Shown here: in pieces, positions 61,916-64,000 of the stretch | Position numbering within the stretch: position 1 is the first letter of the stretch | Layout of the letters: the number at the start of each line of letters is the position of its first letter | From: Eledone cirrhosa | Taxonomy: Eukaryota | Assembly: GCA_964016885.1 (NCBI GenBank) | Contig: OZ024744.1 | Location: 28,334,001 to 28,398,000, forward strand | Length of the DNA stretch: 64,000 nucleotides | Direction: 5' to 3' | The notes under the pieces: generated by a model | The model's database searches: none | Told to the model about the DNA's origin: nothing | Seen by the model: only the letters and a program-made list of their open reading frames with translations | Position numbers and translations under genes: made by a program

Positions 61916-64000
61916 TTGTGGTTGTTGTTGTTGTTATCACTGTTATTGTCGCTGTTGTTGTTGTTGTTGTTGTCGCTGTTATTGTCACTGTTGTTGTTTT
62001 GTTGTTGTTGTTGTCGTCGTTGTCATCACTGTTATCGTCGCTGTTGTTGTCGTTGTTGTCCTTGTTATCATGGTTATTGTCACTGTTGTTGTCGCTGTTA
62101 TCACTGTTATTGTCAATGTTGTTGTTGTCGCTGTTATAACTGTTATTGTCACTGTTGTTGTTGTTGTTGTCATTGTTATCACTGTTATTGTCACTATTGT
62201 TGTTGTCACTGTTATTGTTCTTGTCGCTGTTACCACTGTTATTGTCTTTGTTGTTGTTGTGGTCGCTGTTATCACTGTTATTGTCACTGTTGTTGTTGTG
62301 GTCGCTGTTATCACTGTTATTGCCACTGTTGCTGTTGTTGTCGCTGTTATCACTGTTATTGTCACTGTTGTTGTTGTTGTTGTCGCTGTTATCACTGTTA
62401 TTGTCACTGTTGCTGTTGTTGTCGCTGTTATCACTGTTATTGTCATTGTTGTTGTTGTTGTCGCGGTTATCACAGTTATTGTCATTGGTGTTGTTGTTGT
62501 TGTTCTCGCTGTTATCACTGTTATTGTCGATGTTATACCTGTTATTGTCACTGTTGTTGTTGTTTTTGTCGGTGTTATAACTGTTATTAGTTACTGTTGT
62601 TGTTGTTGTTGTTCTTGCTGTTAGAACTATTATTGCCATTGTTGTTGTTGTTGTTGTCTCTGTTATCACTGTTATTGTCACTCTTGTTGTTGTCGCTGTT
62701 ATTGTCACTGTTGTTGTTGTTGTTGTTGTCGCTGTTATAACTGTTAATGTCACTGTTGTTGTTGTTCTCACTGTTATCACTGTTATTGTCATTGTTGTTG
62801 TTGTTGTTGTTGTTGTCGCTGTTATCATTGTTATTGTCATTGTTGTTGTCGCTGTTATCACTGTTATTGTCACTGTTATTGTCGCTGTTACAACTGTCAA
62901 TGTTGTTGTTGTTATTGTCGCTGTTATCACTGTTATTGTCATTGTTGTTATTGTTGTTGTCGCTGTTATAACTGTTATTGTCACTGTTGTTGTTGTCGCT
63001 GTTTTAACTGTTATTGTCATTGTTGTTGTAGTCGCAGTTATCAATGTTATTGACACTGTTGTTGTTGTTGTTCTCGCTGTTATCACTGTTATTATCACTG
63101 TTGTTGTTGTTCTCGCTGCTATCATTGTTATTGTCATTGTTGTTGTTGTTGTTGTTGTTGTCGCTGTTATCACTGTCATTGTCACTGTTGTTTTCGCTGT
63201 TATCACTGTTATCGTCATCGTTGTTGTTGTTCTCGCTGTTATCACTGTTATTGTCACTGTTGTCGCTGTTATCACTGTTATTGTCACTGTTGTTGGTGTC
63301 GCTGTTATCACGGTTATTGTCACTGTTGTTCTTGTTGTCGCTGTTATAACTGTTATGGTTACTATTGTTGTTGTTCTCGCTGTTATCACTGTTATTGTCA
63401 CTGTTGTTGTTGTCGCTGTTATCGCTGTTATTGTCATTGTTGTTGTTGTTGTTGTCGCTGTTATCACTGTTATTGTCACTGATGTTGTTGTTCTCGCTGT
63501 TATCACTGTTATTGTCACTGTTGTTGTTGTTGTTGTTGTTCTCGCTGTTATCACTGTTATTGTCATTGCTGTTGTTGTTGTCGCTGTTATTGTCATTGCT
63601 GTTGTTGTTGTTGTTGTCGGTGTTATCAGTGTTATTGTCACTGTTGTTGTTGTTGTCGCTGTTATCACTGTTATTGTCATTGCTGTTGTTGTTGTTGTCG
63701 CTGTTATCACTGTTATTGTCATTGGTGTTGTTGTTGTTGTCGCTGTTATAACTGTTATTGTCATTGCTGTTGTTGTTGTTGTCGCTGTTATAACTGTTAT
63801 TGTCATTGCTGTTGTTGTTGTTGTCGCTGTTATCACTGTTATTGTCATTGCTGTTGTTGTTGTTGTCGCTGTTATCACTGTTATTGTCACTGTTGTTGTT
63901 GTTATCGCTGTTATCACTGTTATTGTCACTGTTGTCGTTGTTGTTGTCGCTGTTATAACTGTTATTGTCATTGTTGTTGTTGTCGCTGTTATAACTGTTA
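59630..64000 (+). repeat. ~2.25-kb tandem duplication (about 59630-61915 and 61916->64000)
   Basis: Offsets 59698/61985 and 59859/62146 are 2287, 60505/62747 is 2242, and 60805/63044 is 2239. The rare marker ATTAGTTACT is at ~60302 and ~62586. Confidence 0.85.

Larger units (their letters stand above)
1..64000 (+). repeat. Complex satellite/minisatellite array; monomer GTCGCTGTTAT[A/C]ACTGTTATTGTCA[C/T]T(GTT)n, ~33-42 bp, head-to-tail, running off both window ends
   Basis: The core recurs on essentially every line from base 1 to 64000 in the same orientation. I found no inversion and no non-repeat insertion. Length variation comes mainly from GTT copy number. Confidence 0.98.

Noticed and set aside
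1-64000. CRISPR array (27-bp repeat with a palindromic centre and intervening sequence)
   Set aside because: The intervening parts are only 6-15 bp of GTT rather than unique spacers, the repeats are degenerate, and no cas gene or leader is present.
1-64000. Telomerase-synthesised irregular repeat
   Set aside because: Rare point variants and GTT counts are inherited in multi-kb blocks, which indicates DNA-level duplication rather than fresh templated synthesis. There are no G-runs.
1-64000. Pure sequencing noise or synthetic low-complexity sequence
   Set aside because: Rare variants recur collinearly in a consistent nested hierarchy, which noise would not produce. The copy number of the large blocks still needs read-level confirmation.

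Overview
The whole 64-kb window is one uninterrupted, single-orientation tandem-repeat (satellite-type) array. I see no unique sequence, credible gene, RNA gene, transposon or CRISPR array. The monomer is a 27-bp core GTCGCTGTTAT[A/C]ACTGTTATTGTCA[C/T]T followed by a variable (GTT)n tail (mostly n=2-5, so monomers are about 33-42 bp), giving roughly 1,700 monomers (64 kb / ~37 bp, an estimate). The + strand is about 50% T and 70% G+T. The core is itself built from a 9-bp subunit RTMRCTGTT and looks like a mutated (GTT)n microsatellite. Diagnostic point variants and frameshift landmarks show nested higher-order repeats: 42/126 bp, 649 bp, ~2.2-2.6 kb, 3025/3695 bp, ~4.78 kb, ~6.53 kb, a ~16.5-kb tandem duplication (about 29770-46337 vs 46338-61915), a ~2.25-kb terminal duplication, and an older paralogy at ~40-kb offset. 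All ORFs in the track (Val-, Thr-, Cys-, Leu- or Asn/Asp/Ser-rich) follow from the triplet periodicity. The source organism and the function (centromeric, subtelomeric, other heterochromatin) cannot be determined from this window. The noteworthy content is the array architecture and its readable history, not a gene system. Offsets were derived by eye from landmarks and the ORF-track coordinates, so block edges are approximate.
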